DNA from: Gammaproteobacteria bacterium | Lineage (GTDB): Bacteria > Pseudomonadota > Gammaproteobacteria > JBCCGL01 | Direction: 5' to 3' | Assembly: GCA_965277715.1 (NCBI GenBank) | Contig: OZ255836.1 | Coordinates: forward strand, 736,001-800,000 | Length of the DNA: 64,000 nucleotides | Shown here: positions 33,073-45,455 of the stretch, piece by piece | How positions within the stretch are numbered: the first letter of the stretch is position 1 | Layout: every line of letters begins with the position of its first letter | Position numbers and translations under genes: made by a program | Notes under the pieces: model-generated | What the model was told of the DNA's origin: nothing | The model's database searches: none | What the model saw: only the letters and a program-made list of their open reading frames with translations

Positions 33073-33382
33073 AAGGTGTTGGTCGTTAATGCGCTTGGGC
33101 TGAATGTTTAGCGGCGGTATTTAAAGCCAGTGCGCTTTAGGTGGTTGTTCTTATTAATACTTTCTATGCGCATTGCAAGTGACATCTAACCAGGCCGAAT
33201 GTCGCCTTGACTGTCCTCGGCTTCTTTAAAGGCTGAAAATGAACGCGGTACAGGCCGTGAGAATATTCTGCCAATCAATATCGGTGGGCGCCAACTGTTT
33301 CTGTGGAAGGCAGGCTGATGTTGATTGCTAATCGTTGATTGCTGGTGGGATGGGATTGTGGTTCTGGTGTTTGTTTTTATAA

Positions 33383-34714
<1,332 letters not shown>

Positions 34715-34780
34715 GCCTGTAACGTAACTGATTATTAGCGTAATAGGTTCTAAGGCTGTCCTGGTCCGGTGGCGGGGTCG

Positions 34781-35107
34781 ATGAAAGTGTTACTGGTCGT
34801 GCTGATCGTGCTGTTGGCGTCGCTGCAATACAAACTGTGGATTGATGAGGACGGCGTTCGCGAGGTGTGGCGTTTAACCCGGGAAGTGCAGGCACACCAA
34901 CGCGAAATTGCTGTGCTGCGTGAGCGAAATAACGCGCTCGCCGCCGAAGTCATCGACCTGAAAAGCGGCCTCGGTGCTATCGAGGAGCGCGCCCGTAGCG
35001 AGCTGGGCATGATCCGTGAAGGTGAAACCTTCTACCACCTTATCGGTAAGGAAGCGGATGCGGGTGCGCGCATCCAGCGGCGCGATACCACAACAGGGAC
35101 ACAATAA
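34781..35107 (+). CDS. ftsB: Cell division protein FtsB
   Basis: TM helix, LQYKLW, coiled coil, IEERARSELGMI..GETFY; between eno and ispD. Confidence 0.95.
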   Translation: MKVLLVVLIVLLASLQYKLWIDEDGVREVWRLTREVQAHQREIAVLRERNNALAAEVIDLKSGLGAIEERARSELGMIREGETFYHLIGKEADAGARIQRRDTTTGTQ

Positions 35108-35109
35108 CC

Positions 35110-35856
35110 GTGGCCACTGAACAACAGCACACCGCCCTGGCTGTGGTGCCTGCTGCGGGAATAGGGCGGCGCATGCGCAGTGACCTGCCCAAACAATACT
35201 TGCCACTGGCGGGCCGCACGGTCATTGAGCACACCTTGCAGGTACTTCTGGACAGTGCGCTGATCGAGCGCGTTATCGTCGGTATTGGGGCGGGGGATGC
35301 GGTCTGGCATACCTTGCCAATCGCCTCTCATCCTGATATCACGGCTGTAATCGGCGGGGGTGAACGTGTGCAAACGGTGCTCAACTGCCTCCAGTCGGTT
35401 CCCATTCAACACCACAGTCGCTGGGTTATGGTGCACGATGCAGTGCGCCCCTGCTTGAAAAACAGCGATATAGCGACACTATGGAACACCCTGCAATCCA
35501 GCGCGAGTGGTGGCTTATTGGCTGTGCCGCTGGTCGATACCATTAAGCGTGCAGACTGCCTAAGCGTGACTTCCCTGGATTCTGGTTTGCCAGTCAACGT
35601 GGCCACAACGCCTGACCGGCGCTACCTTTGGGCGGCGCACACCCCACAAATGTTCAGGCTGGGGGAATTGCTGTCGGCCTTACAGCAGGCGAGGCAACGC
35701 GGCTGTGAAATCACTGATGAATCATCGGCAATGGAGGCGCTTGGCATCGCGCCAACACTGGTTGCCGGTAGCGTGGAAAACCTGAAAATCACCCGACGGG
35801 AGGACCTGCCTTTGGCTGAATTTTATTTGCGCCGCCAACAACTGGGCTCAGTATGA
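35110..35856 (+). CDS. ispD: MEP cytidylyltransferase
   Basis: [28 protein letters not shown]. Confidence 0.97.
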   Translation: MATEQQHTALAVVPAAGIGRRMRSDLPKQYLPLAGRTVIEHTLQVLLDSALIERVIVGIGAGDAVWHTLPIASHPDITAVIGGGERVQTVLNCLQSVPIQHHSRWVMVHDAVRPCLKNSDIATLWNTLQSSASGGLLAVPLVDTIKRADCLSVTSLDSGLPVNVATTPDRRYLWAAHTPQMFRLGELLSALQQARQRGCEITDESSAMEALGIAPTLVAGSVENLKITRREDLPLAEFYLRRQQLGSV

Positions 35857-36341
35857 TGCGCATAGGGCACGGTTACGATGTGCACGCCTTTACAGCGGGC
35901 GACCACATCATTTTGGGCGGCGTGCGCATTCCCCATACACATAGCCTACAGGCGCACTCAGATGGCGATGTGCTGATCCACGCACTGTGTGACGCCCTGC
36001 TGGGCGCCGCCGCGTTGGGGGATATTGGCCGCCACTTCCCGGACACCGATGCACAGTACGAAAATATCGATAGCCGCAAATTGCTGCGCACTGTCATGGC
36101 GGAACTCAGAGACGAGGACTATGCCCTTGGCAATGCCGATATAACCGTGATTGCACAATCGCCTAAGCTGGCCTGCTTTATCGATGCAATGTGTGCGAAT
36201 ATTGCCGCTGATCTCGGCGTGGCGAGCGGTGCTGTCAATGTCAAAGCAACCACCACCGAGCGGCTGGGATTTATTGGTCGCAAACAGGGTATTGCCGTTC
36301 ATGCCGTGGTATTGATAACGCGTTCCACACCTATAATTTAA
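35853..36341 (+). CDS. ispF: MECDP synthase
   Basis: [25 protein letters not shown]. Confidence 0.98.
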   Translation: MMRIGHGYDVHAFTAGDHIILGGVRIPHTHSLQAHSDGDVLIHALCDALLGAAALGDIGRHFPDTDAQYENIDSRKLLRTVMAELRDEDYALGNADITVIAQSPKLACFIDAMCANIAADLGVASGAVNVKATTTERLGFIGRKQGIAVHAVVLITRSTPII

Positions 36342-36381
36342 ATTAGATAAGTTATATAACTCTCTGAAAAAAATATTAAAA

Positions 36382-37395
36382 ATGATAATTGGTTCATTAA
36401 TGATTGATGTGCACGGCCTGGATTTAACGCCTGAAGACATTGACATCCTACAAAACCCACTGGTGGGCGGTGTTATCCTGTTTGCGCGAAACTACCGCGA
36501 TAAAGCCCAGCTCACCCGGCTGTGTGCCCGTATCCGTCAGGCCTGCCCCCGGCCTGTTTTGCTCGCCGTCGATCAAGAGGGCGGGCGGGTTCAGCGGTTC
36601 GGTGCACCCGATTTCACCCGTATCCCGGCGATGCAGCGTTATGGCGCGCTGTACGATACAAACCCTGACGCTGCCCGGGCACGTGCTGTCGATACAGGGC
36701 GTTTGATGGCTGCCGAGCTTATCGAAGCCGGGGTCGATTTTAGCTTTACCCCGGTGCTGGATCTCAATTACGGCGTCAGCCATGTAATCGGTGATCGCGC
36801 CTTCCATCGCGACCCCGCCGTTGTCTCACTGCTCGCCACCTGCCTGGTTGACGGCCTGCGACAGGGGGGCATGGCGGCCGTCGCCAAACACTACCCTGGG
36901 CACGGCGGTGTGGTGGTCGACTCTCACGTCGGCCTGCCTGTGGATAACCGCGATGTCTCAACCATCATTGACCAGGACCTTGCCCCCTTTAAGCGGCTAA
37001 TTGCGGCCGGCGTAGCAGGCATCATGCCCGCACACGTAATCTATGCACAGGCCGATGCGCAGGCCGCTGGCTTCTCCCATTACTGGTTACAAACACAGTT
37101 GCGCGGTGAGCTGCAGTTCGATGGGGCGATATTCAGCGATGATTTAAGTATGCAGGCGGCGCATGCAGCGGGTGGCGTCGTGGAGCGGGCCATAGCGGCG
37201 GCGGAAGCGGGTTGCGATATGTTGCTGTTGTGTAACGACAGGGCATCGGTCAAAACCCTGCTATCTGACTATCGCGACACCACCGCGACACCACAGCGGC
37301 AAGGTCGACTGCACGCTATGCAGGCGCGACCATTGAACACTGCCAGCCCCCCTGACTGCTGGCAGGCTATCCGAAAACAAATAACGAAACTCTGA
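36382..37395 (+). CDS. nagZ: Beta-N-acetylhexosaminidase (GH3)
   Basis: DQEGGRVQR, KHYPGHG...DSH, SDDLSM. Confidence 0.96.
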   Translation: MIIGSLMIDVHGLDLTPEDIDILQNPLVGGVILFARNYRDKAQLTRLCARIRQACPRPVLLAVDQEGGRVQRFGAPDFTRIPAMQRYGALYDTNPDAARARAVDTGRLMAAELIEAGVDFSFTPVLDLNYGVSHVIGDRAFHRDPAVVSLLATCLVDGLRQGGMAAVAKHYPGHGGVVVDSHVGLPVDNRDVSTIIDQDLAPFKRLIAAGVAGIMPAHVIYAQADAQAAGFSHYWLQTQLRGELQFDGAIFSDDLSMQAAHAAGGVVERAIAAAEAGCDMLLLCNDRASVKTLLSDYRDTTATPQRQGRLHAMQARPLNTASPPDCWQAIRKQITKL

Positions 37396-37405
37396 GAAAA
37401 ACACC

Positions 37406-38512
37406 ATGCTGGATGACACACTGGAAACAATCAAAGACCTGTTGGGCGGTGACTTCTGGATATTGGAAGTGTTCACCATCGTACTGCTGGTGTTAGTGAT
37501 CAATTTCTTTCTCAAGCGTTTTTTCAAACGGCTCGCTATGCAACTGTCGAAAACATCAAACCTGTGGGATGACGCCGTACTGGACGCCGCACGACGACCC
37601 GCCCTGCTGGTGGTATGGGTGCTCGGCTTGACCTTTGCTGCGCAGATTGTCGTCTCTGCAACGGATACAGAACTGTTTCAACTCGCTATACCCGCCCGTA
37701 TCGTGGGCATTATTGTCGCGATAGGCTGGTTTCTTACCCGGCTGATTCGCGACCTTGAAACGCGCTATATCAAGCATACCCAAAGCCTTCAATCTGAGCA
37801 CACAATAGACCGTTCAACGATTGAAGCGATGGGCAAACTACTGCGACTGGCCGTGGTTATTACCGCCGCTATTGTTACCTTACAGACCTTGGGATTCAGT
37901 ATTTCAGGTGTCCTGGCGTTTGGTGGTATCGGCGGGATCGCCGTGGGGTTTGCCGCCAAGGACATGCTCTCCAATTTTTTTGGTGGCCTGATGATATACC
38001 TAGACCGACCGTTCAGCGTCGGCGACTGGATACGCTCACCCGACAGGGAAATAGAGGGCACCGTCGAATACATTGGTTGGCGGTTAACGCGGATTCGCAC
38101 CTTCAACCTGCGCCCTCTGTACGTCCCCAACTCCATTTTTACCAGCATCGTCGTCGAAAACCCCTCGCGGATGCAGCACCGCCGTATCTATGAAACGATT
38201 GGCGTGCGCTACGACGATATTGCCCAGATCGAGGCGATTGTCAGTGATGTGCAAAAAATGCTGGTGGAACACCCCGAGATCAATGAACAGCAAACCCTGA
38301 TGGTCAACTTCAATGCGTTCGCCCCTTCATCAGTTGATTTTTTTGTCTACGCGTTTACGCACACAACCAGTTGGGCCAGGTTTCATTCGATCAAGCAGGA
38401 AATCCTGCTGTTAATCGCCGGGATTATCGACAGCCATCAAGCTGAGATTGCCTACCCGACGTCGACCCTGCACCTGGTTAGACAAACACCGGCAGATGAG
38501 GCGGCGTCTTGA
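37406..38512 (+). CDS. MscS-family mechanosensitive channel
   Basis: Multi-TM N-terminus, GGIGGIAVGFAAKD, PFSVGDWI, VPNS, IAYPT. Confidence 0.93.
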   Translation: MLDDTLETIKDLLGGDFWILEVFTIVLLVLVINFFLKRFFKRLAMQLSKTSNLWDDAVLDAARRPALLVVWVLGLTFAAQIVVSATDTELFQLAIPARIVGIIVAIGWFLTRLIRDLETRYIKHTQSLQSEHTIDRSTIEAMGKLLRLAVVITAAIVTLQTLGFSISGVLAFGGIGGIAVGFAAKDMLSNFFGGLMIYLDRPFSVGDWIRSPDREIEGTVEYIGWRLTRIRTFNLRPLYVPNSIFTSIVVENPSRMQHRRIYETIGVRYDDIAQIEAIVSDVQKMLVEHPEINEQQTLMVNFNAFAPSSVDFFVYAFTHTTSWARFHSIKQEILLLIAGIIDSHQAEIAYPTSTLHLVRQTPADEAAS

Positions 38513-39258
38513 GTCAGACGCTGACTACCACCGGCATTATTGGTGGCACCGGTTTGTCATCGATCGATGCCTGGGTAAGCACCCAAACGCAGGCAGTGGA
38601 TACGCCCTATGGCAGGCCATCGGCGCCCTTATCCGTGGGTGAACACAATGGCCAGCACCTGGTGTTTATGCCTCGCCACGGCACCGATCACAGCGTGGCA
38701 CCGCACCGAATTAACTACCGGGCCAACCTCTGGGCATTGCACCGCGCTGGGGTTTCACAGCTTATTGCCATCAACGCTGTAGGGGGTATTAGCGCGGCAT
38801 CACAACCGGCTGGTATCGTCATCCCCCACCAGTTGATCGACTACACCTATGGGCGTGCGCACACGTATTTTGATGGCGAGGATAATGCACTGGAGCACAT
38901 CGACTTTACGGCGCCGTATTCACCGCCTCTGCGAACCGCACTGATTGAAGCATCCAGAGCCTGTGGTACACCCTGTGTCGAAGAGGGCGTACATGCCGTT
39001 ACCCAGGGGCCACGGCTGGAGACCGCTGCCGAGATAGACCGCCTGGCACGCGATGGCTGTACCATAGTGGGCATGACCGGGATGCCTGAAGCGGCCCTGG
39101 CCAGGGAATTGGGTATGCAGTATGCCTGTTGTGCCGTGGTGGTAAACTGGGCGGCGGGCCGCTCACAGGAGACCATTGATATGGCATTGATACAGCAGAA
39201 TGTGATCAACGGGCAGGAAAAACTCAAGCTGATATTGTCAGCATTTTTCTGTGGCTAG
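38509..39258 (+). CDS. S-methyl-5'-thioinosine/thioadenosine phosphorylase (MTAP family)
   Basis: GIIGGTG, RHG...PH.INYRAN, QGPRLET.AE, GMT.MPEA.LARE; VVN rather than TD suggests a preference for MTI. Confidence 0.9.
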   Translation: MSQTLTTTGIIGGTGLSSIDAWVSTQTQAVDTPYGRPSAPLSVGEHNGQHLVFMPRHGTDHSVAPHRINYRANLWALHRAGVSQLIAINAVGGISAASQPAGIVIPHQLIDYTYGRAHTYFDGEDNALEHIDFTAPYSPPLRTALIEASRACGTPCVEEGVHAVTQGPRLETAAEIDRLARDGCTIVGMTGMPEAALARELGMQYACCAVVVNWAAGRSQETIDMALIQQNVINGQEKLKLILSAFFCG

Positions 39259-39352
39259 TATTATTAATATCAATAAGCTATGAAAACTTATTAAATTAGA
39301 GAATAACTATTTTTTTCGACGGGCAGCACAACAGACAGCGAGTCAACCCACC

Positions 39353-40846
39353 ATGGCACAGCAAGACTGTATTTTAGCGATTGATCAAGGCACGACCAGT
39401 ACCCGGTCAATGCTGTTTGACGCAGCGGGAAAAGCCATTTTTACCGCCCAGCGTGAATTTAAACAATACTACCCCGCCGACGGTTGGGTGGAGCATTCAC
39501 CGGAAGACATCTTTACCTCCGTACTGGCGACGACCCGAGAGGCCCTGGAGTATGCCAAAACACAGGGGTATCGGGTGGCGGCAATGGGCATAACCAACCA
39601 ACGTGAAACCACGGTGGTATGGGAGCGTTGCAGCGGCCAGCCAATCTATAACGCCATCGTATGGCAGGATCGGCGCACCAGCGATACCTGTGCGCGTATG
39701 CGTGCCGATGGTCAGGAGGCCGGTGTGCGCAGTAAGACAGGGTTGCTACTCGATCCATACTTTTCGGCCAGCAAAGTCACCTGGATTCTGGATAACGTCG
39801 AAGGGGCGCGCAACCGGGCAGAGAAAGGGGAATTGCTATTTGGCACCATAGACAGCTATTTAATCTACCGCCTGAGTAACGGCGCCCACCATGTGACCGA
39901 TGCAACCAACGCCAGCCGTACCAACCTGTTCAATATTGTCGACCAGACCTGGGACAATGAATTATTGCGCCTTTTCAACGTGCCCGCTGTGATGTTGCCC
40001 AGCGTCCTGGATTGTGCGGCAACCTTCGGCAGCAGTGATCCGGCAATATTGGGTGAAACAATCCCTATTCTGGGTGTCGCGGGTGACCAACAGGCGGCGG
40101 CAATCGGGCAGGGGTGTTTTCAGGTGGGCGATATTAAAAGCACCTATGGCACGGGGTGTTTTGCTTTATCGAATACCGGCGAGCATATTATCGAATCGAA
40201 AAACCGGCTGCTGACGACAGTGGCTTATCGTCTTGAGGGAAAAGTACACTACGCATTGGAAGGTTCTATTTTTGTTGCCGGTGCATCGGTGCAGTGGTTG
40301 CGTGATGAACTGCAGGTCATTGCCGATGCAACGGAAACCGAAGCGCTGGCCAGCGGGCTTGAGGGCAATCAAGGGGTCTATCTGGTGCCCGCATTTACAG
40401 GGATGGGGGCGCCTTATTGGGACCCGCAGGCGCGTGGGGCAATCTTTGGTATTACCCGTGCGACGGGGCGCGCTGAGTTTGCCCGCGCTGCATTGGAGTC
40501 GGTATGTTACCAAACGACCGACTTATTGGCGGCGATGGCGGAGGATGGGGTCAAGCCGGTTTCGCTCAAAATTGACGGCGGTATGGTGGCGAACAATTGG
40601 TTGGCACAGTTCCTTTCCAATATGGTCGATCTGCCGGTTGTGCGCGCCCCGATTCTGGAAACTACGGCTCTGGGGGTGGCGCGTCTGGCAGGTTTTAAAA
40701 CCGGGGTTTATGACAGGCTTTATAGGCCGGTTGCTGAGGGCGGTGCGCATGATGTGTTTCAACCGGATATGGCCGCTGGATTGCGTGACAAGTTGTTGGG
40801 TGAGTGGCACGATTCGGTCAAGAAGGTGCTCTCTAGCCCTGCTTAG
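39353..40846 (+). CDS. glpK: Glycerol kinase
   Basis: IDQGTTSTR, GITNQRETT, DPYFS, GDQQAA, TYGTGCF, DGGM. Confidence 0.97.
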   Translation: MAQQDCILAIDQGTTSTRSMLFDAAGKAIFTAQREFKQYYPADGWVEHSPEDIFTSVLATTREALEYAKTQGYRVAAMGITNQRETTVVWERCSGQPIYNAIVWQDRRTSDTCARMRADGQEAGVRSKTGLLLDPYFSASKVTWILDNVEGARNRAEKGELLFGTIDSYLIYRLSNGAHHVTDATNASRTNLFNIVDQTWDNELLRLFNVPAVMLPSVLDCAATFGSSDPAILGETIPILGVAGDQQAAAIGQGCFQVGDIKSTYGTGCFALSNTGEHIIESKNRLLTTVAYRLEGKVHYALEGSIFVAGASVQWLRDELQVIADATETEALASGLEGNQGVYLVPAFTGMGAPYWDPQARGAIFGITRATGRAEFARAALESVCYQTTDLLAAMAEDGVKPVSLKIDGGMVANNWLAQFLSNMVDLPVVRAPILETTALGVARLAGFKTGVYDRLYRPVAEGGAHDVFQPDMAAGLRDKLLGEWHDSVKKVLSSPA

Positions 40847-41222
40847 CAGTGTATCCAGTCTATTCCGTAAATGCTGGCATAACCACTTCAATCAACAACC
40901 TTAAAAAGATACGTTACCACCTCTCGCCCAGTCGGCGTGAAAATTGGGGCAGGCACAAAAATTTTGGATGATTTTGGGTGCGGTTGTGGTTTCAGCAGGC
41001 AACGATAAAAAGGGAATCCAGCTACTATGCTGAAAAATATCGTGCTGGTAAGCACGGCGCAAAGCATCAATTAACACCACAAGAGGCGGGTCGTTCTCAC
41101 ACACAGAAAAAAGCAAGATAGCGCTTCGTTAATACACAGGGGCTTAAAATGCCGTTTAAAATTTCCGCGCTGGATGGTGAGCAATTTAGGTTTAACCATA
41201 TATTTACTGTGTCGTGTGGTTA

Positions 41223-41708
41223 TTACAAACTCTCCCATGCCGACCAGTCGATGGTTCTACCAGGGTAAGCCGGGCTGGAAAACGGCCAGCTATTATCGAT
41301 CCAGGCTTTGGCGTGGGTGAAAAGGTGCTCATCCAACCCTGTGTTGGCTTCTGACTCGCGCACCCACAGCGTAACTTCAACATCGTAGCCCGGTTTTTGT
41401 GTGGGGTAGATATACAGGCAGCCAAGCACAGTGCTTTCATCGAGCGAAACCACCGTATAGGCAAATGACGTGCGCAACTGAAATTCAGTCTGGTGCCAAC
41501 CCAGCTCAATTAGATTTTGCTCCAGCGTGAGGCCGCGAGGCCAGTCACCATCCTGGCGAAAAATAGTGCGCAACCGCGTTTCGCTGCTGATAACGGCATC
41601 GTAGTCTTTGACCGCATCGTTAATAGTCAACGGGCGCAGGCGCATACGCGTTGTTTCCAACTGCCCAGGCACAATAAAATCGTCGGGTACAATGGCCAGG
41701 TTATACAT
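41223..41708 (-). CDS. GNAT (RimJ/RimL-like) family protein
   Basis: LETTRMRLRPL start, FAYTV...GCLYIYP, W.R motif. Confidence 0.75.
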   Translation of the reverse strand: MYNLAIVPDDFIVPGQLETTRMRLRPLTINDAVKDYDAVISSETRLRTIFRQDGDWPRGLTLEQNLIELGWHQTEFQLRTSFAYTVVSLDESTVLGCLYIYPTQKPGYDVEVTLWVRESEANTGLDEHLFTHAKAWIDNSWPFSSPAYPGRTIDWSAWESL

Positions 41709-41845
41709 GAATATAGGTATTCGCAGAATCTGAGTAATTGATTATTCTAAAAAAACCGTGTCGAAATAGCGACACTCGCGTCGCAAAAAACTGTGTAACA
41801 CTAAAGAACACCTCTAAAAATGCACTTTTACCGTGAGCCCTACAG

Positions 41846-43081
41846 ATGAAACTCAAAGATATCAATACATTTGTCACCGTTCCACCCACAGGGATCGGCG
41901 GTGCGTTTTGGGTACTGGTAAAAATTACCACCGATAATGGCATTGAAGGCATCGGTGAGTGCTACGGTATCCCCGTTTCAGGTGATATTGCCTGCCGTAT
42001 GGTTGAAGACACCTTTGCGCGCTTTATTGCCGGTGAAGACCCACACAATGTCGAGACGATGTTTCGGCGTGTCTACTCGGCTGGTTTTACGCAGCGCCCG
42101 GATGTGTCGATGATGGGCGTGTTTAGCGGTATCGAAATGGCGGTATGGGACATTCTCGGTAAAGCCAGTGAACAGCCGGTTTACAATTTGCTCGGTGGCA
42201 AATTTCACCAGCGCCTGCGCACTTACACCTACCTGTACCCAAAACAGACCACAGTCGATAGTCAGGCAACAGACGATGTGCCGGATGTTTACCACGACGG
42301 TGATGCAGCGGCACAGCGGGCACTCGACTACATCGAAATGGGCTTTACCGCTGTCAAACAGGACCCTGCAGGCCCATACAGTTTTCAAGGGGGCAGGGAG
42401 CTGTCACTGCGCGAATTGTCACGCAGTGAATACAGCGTAAAGCGGATTCGCGAAGCAGTTGGCGAGCGGGCCGATATTCTATTTGGCACCCACGGGCAAA
42501 TGACGACCTCCTCGGCAATTCGTTTGGCAAAACGCCTGGAACCCTACGACCCACTGTGGTTTGAAGAGCCGTGTCCGCCGGATCAAATGCAGGCGATTGG
42601 CAAGGTGGCGCAAGCTACATCGATTCCGGTAGCTACCGGTGAGCGCCTCACCACCCGTGTTGAATTTCACCAGGCACTGATGGCGGGGGTAGCCATTTTG
42701 CAACCGGATATTGGCCGCAGTGGCGGGATCTGGGAAACCAAAAAAATTGCAGTCATGGCCGAGCTTTACAACGCGCAAATTGCGCCGCATATCTACTGCG
42801 GTCCAGTGGCCCACGCGGCCGCCGCGCATGTGGCATTTAGCTGCCCTAATTTTTTGATACTGGAAACCATACAGACTGAATTTCACGATGCCATCTTGAA
42901 CAAACCACTGCGCTGGGAGGCGGGCTATATGCTTGCACCCAACGAACCGGGGCTGGGTATTGAACTCAATGAGCAAGTGATACTTGACCACCCTTACACC
43001 AGCGGTGGACGCCTGCACCTGGAGATGTGCCAAACCCCGCTAAGCTCCGCCAACACAAAAACCATTGTGGAGATTGAATAA
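41846..43081 (+). CDS. Mandelate racemase/muconate lactonizing enzyme family protein (substrate unknown)
   Basis: TTDNGIEGIGE, SGIEMAVWDILGK, WFEEP, ATGE, QPD, APH, PGLGIE. Confidence 0.9.
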   Translation: MKLKDINTFVTVPPTGIGGAFWVLVKITTDNGIEGIGECYGIPVSGDIACRMVEDTFARFIAGEDPHNVETMFRRVYSAGFTQRPDVSMMGVFSGIEMAVWDILGKASEQPVYNLLGGKFHQRLRTYTYLYPKQTTVDSQATDDVPDVYHDGDAAAQRALDYIEMGFTAVKQDPAGPYSFQGGRELSLRELSRSEYSVKRIREAVGERADILFGTHGQMTTSSAIRLAKRLEPYDPLWFEEPCPPDQMQAIGKVAQATSIPVATGERLTTRVEFHQALMAGVAILQPDIGRSGGIWETKKIAVMAELYNAQIAPHIYCGPVAHAAAAHVAFSCPNFLILETIQTEFHDAILNKPLRWEAGYMLAPNEPGLGIELNEQVILDHPYTSGGRLHLEMCQTPLSSANTKTIVEIE

Positions 43082-44265
43082 TGCACCTCGATTTTGGCCC
43101 GGAGCTGGATGCATTTCGCCAGGATGTGCGCGCCTTTATCCGCGAAAACCTACCGGATGATATCCGCAAAAAGTGCGAACAGGAACGTATGTACATGACG
43201 CCCGCCGATGCCAAACGCTGGCACCGGATTCTCGCCACGCGTGGTTGGGCATGCCCGCATTGGCCGGTGGACGCTGGTGGCCCCGGTTGGTCTGAAATGC
43301 AGCGCTATATCTTCGAGGAAGAACTGGCCTACGCGGATGCACCCCGCACCCCAGCCTCAGCGCAATTTATGCTGGGACCCACCTTATTGAAATACGGTAC
43401 TGAGGCACAAAAACAGCGTTTTTTAACCCCGGTGCTGGAAGAGGGTGTGATCTGGTGTCAGGGGTTTTCTGAACCCAATGCCGGGTCTGATCTCGCCGCG
43501 CTGCGCTGTTCGGCGGTGCGTGATGGCGATGAATACATCATTAACGGATCAAAACTGTGGACATCAGAAGGGCACTATGCCGAGTGGATGTTCGGCATTT
43601 TTCGCACGGACAATGGTGGTAAGAAACAGCAGGGTATCACCTTCTTATTGTTGGATATGGCATCGCCGGGTGTACAGGTCGATCCGGTGGTGTTGTTTAA
43701 TGGTGAGCACGAAGTCAATGCCACCTTTTTTACCGACGTGCGTGTGCCGGTTGCGCAGCGTATCGGTGAAGAAAATGACGGTTGGACGATTGCCAAATAT
43801 TTACTCAGCGCCGAGCGTTTAGGCATTGCCGAAGTGGCGCGTACAACGCGCACTCTGCAACGCCTGAAACAACTGGTGCAGCGACATCCCAGCAAAGCTG
43901 ACCCCGCCATTGAGCGGGCTGGAATGGCCGGGCGGATTGCGCAAATCGAAATAGAACTGCGCTGCCTGGCGCGGATGGAACAGCGAGTGTTGTCCGGGCA
44001 TGCCAGGCAGGGTACCGAAGAGGCCTTATTAAAAATCAAAGGCACGGATTTGCAACAGGCCGTGCTGGAATTACAACTCGATATAATTGGTCCCTATGCT
44101 CAAATCGACGCAGGCGAAGTCGACCCGGAAGCGGGGCCACCGGCTGGGCCGTGGGCTTGTGGTCACGCGGCCCGTGCCTATTTTGACTACCGTAAAGCCT
44201 CGATCTATGGCGGTTCAAATGAAACCATGCGCAATATTATGGCGAAAATTTTACTGGCGGCATAA
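43081..44265 (+). CDS. Acyl-CoA dehydrogenase (PimC/FadE-like large subunit)
   Basis: WCQGFSEPNAGSDLA, NGSKLWTS, IYGGSNE. Confidence 0.9.
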   Translation: MHLDFGPELDAFRQDVRAFIRENLPDDIRKKCEQERMYMTPADAKRWHRILATRGWACPHWPVDAGGPGWSEMQRYIFEEELAYADAPRTPASAQFMLGPTLLKYGTEAQKQRFLTPVLEEGVIWCQGFSEPNAGSDLAALRCSAVRDGDEYIINGSKLWTSEGHYAEWMFGIFRTDNGGKKQQGITFLLLDMASPGVQVDPVVLFNGEHEVNATFFTDVRVPVAQRIGEENDGWTIAKYLLSAERLGIAEVARTTRTLQRLKQLVQRHPSKADPAIERAGMAGRIAQIEIELRCLARMEQRVLSGHARQGTEEALLKIKGTDLQQAVLELQLDIIGPYAQIDAGEVDPEAGPPAGPWACGHAARAYFDYRKASIYGGSNETMRNIMAKILLAA

Positions 44266-44312
44266 CTTCAAAAACCTCTGTGGTTTTTAGGCTACAGCGG
44301 TGGGTAATATAA

Positions 44313-45455
44313 ATGATTGATTTTTCCCATTCACAAGAACAAATACTCATGGCCAACAGCCTTGATCGGCTGCTGCTGGATATTTATCCCTTTACCGGGC
44401 GTTTAAATATTGTGCAAGCGGGTTCAGACAAGATTCACCCAGGATTCAACGATACGCTATGGATGGCGTTAAGCGAGCTGGGCATCACCGCCATTATGGT
44501 GCCTGAAGCCTTTGATGGGTTGGGGGGGAATGCCGAAGATATCATGGTCATTATGCAGCAAGTGGGTAAACACCTGTTGGTAGCGCCATTATTGAGCAGT
44601 GCGGTATTGGGCACCCTGGCGTTATCGCAGGCGGCGACACAGCAGCAAAAAGAGCAGCGCTTGCCTGCACTGGCCAGTGGTGAGCAGCGCACGGCGCTGG
44701 CGGTGAGTGAACCACAGGGATACGGGCTGGCGGCGGTGTTTGCCACAACGGCACAAACAACCGCGCACAAGACCACCTTGTGTGGGCATAAATCACTGGT
44801 GCACTTTGGGCAAGTGGCCGACTACATTATCGTCGCGGCACAACAGGGCGATGAACAGGGGTTGTACCTGCTGGAGGCTAACAGCCCCGGTGTGAAATAT
44901 TGCCCCTACCGCACCCACGATGGTGGTGCTGCGCTCGATTTGCATCTTGATCACGCTCCGGTAGAACGATTGGGCGAGGGTGAAGATGCGGCACCACTTA
45001 TCCGCTACCTATGGGATCTGGGGGCAGTGGCGGTATGTGCCGAAGCGCTGGGGTGTATGGATGCAATCTACCAGCAAACGCGGGATTATCTGAAGATACG
45101 CGAACAGTTTGGTGCGCCGTTGGCCAGCTTTCAAAGCTTGCAGCACCGCCTGGTGGATATGCATATTGCCTGTGAGTTATCCCGTTCAATAACGTGTGAT
45201 GCGGTTTGGTCAATCGATCATGCCGAATCTGTTGAGCGCAATAAAGCCGTCTCGGCGGCCAAAGTGTTAATTGGCCAGCATGGTGTTCAGGTGGGGAAAG
45301 AGGGGGTACAGCTACACGGTGGTATCGGCATGACAATGGCGCTGCCCATTGGTCACTACCTGAAGCGATTGACGCTGATCAATCAGCAATTTGGCGATGT
45401 TGTCGAGAGGCTTAAACGCTATCAGAGGCTCATAATGAACGAAAGTAGAAAATAA
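44313..45455 (+). CDS. Acyl-CoA dehydrogenase (PimD-like small subunit)
   Basis: REQFG..LASFQ.LQH.L.DM, QLHGGIGMT; degenerate N-terminal FAD motif typical of the partner subunit. Confidence 0.88.
   Translation: MIDFSHSQEQILMANSLDRLLLDIYPFTGRLNIVQAGSDKIHPGFNDTLWMALSELGITAIMVPEAFDGLGGNAEDIMVIMQQVGKHLLVAPLLSSAVLGTLALSQAATQQQKEQRLPALASGEQRTALAVSEPQGYGLAAVFATTAQTTAHKTTLCGHKSLVHFGQVADYIIVAAQQGDEQGLYLLEANSPGVKYCPYRTHDGGAALDLHLDHAPVERLGEGEDAAPLIRYLWDLGAVAVCAEALGCMDAIYQQTRDYLKIREQFGAPLASFQSLQHRLVDMHIACELSRSITCDAVWSIDHAESVERNKAVSAAKVLIGQHGVQVGKEGVQLHGGIGMTMALPIGHYLKRLTLINQQFGDVVERLKRYQRLIMNESRK

Noticed and set aside
40937-41008. KILDDFGCGCG resembling a SAM methyltransferase motif I in the glpK-GNAT spacer
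   Set aside because: The frame is short and stop-bounded, has an extra Asp and shows no other motifs. It cannot be told from chance without BLASTX.
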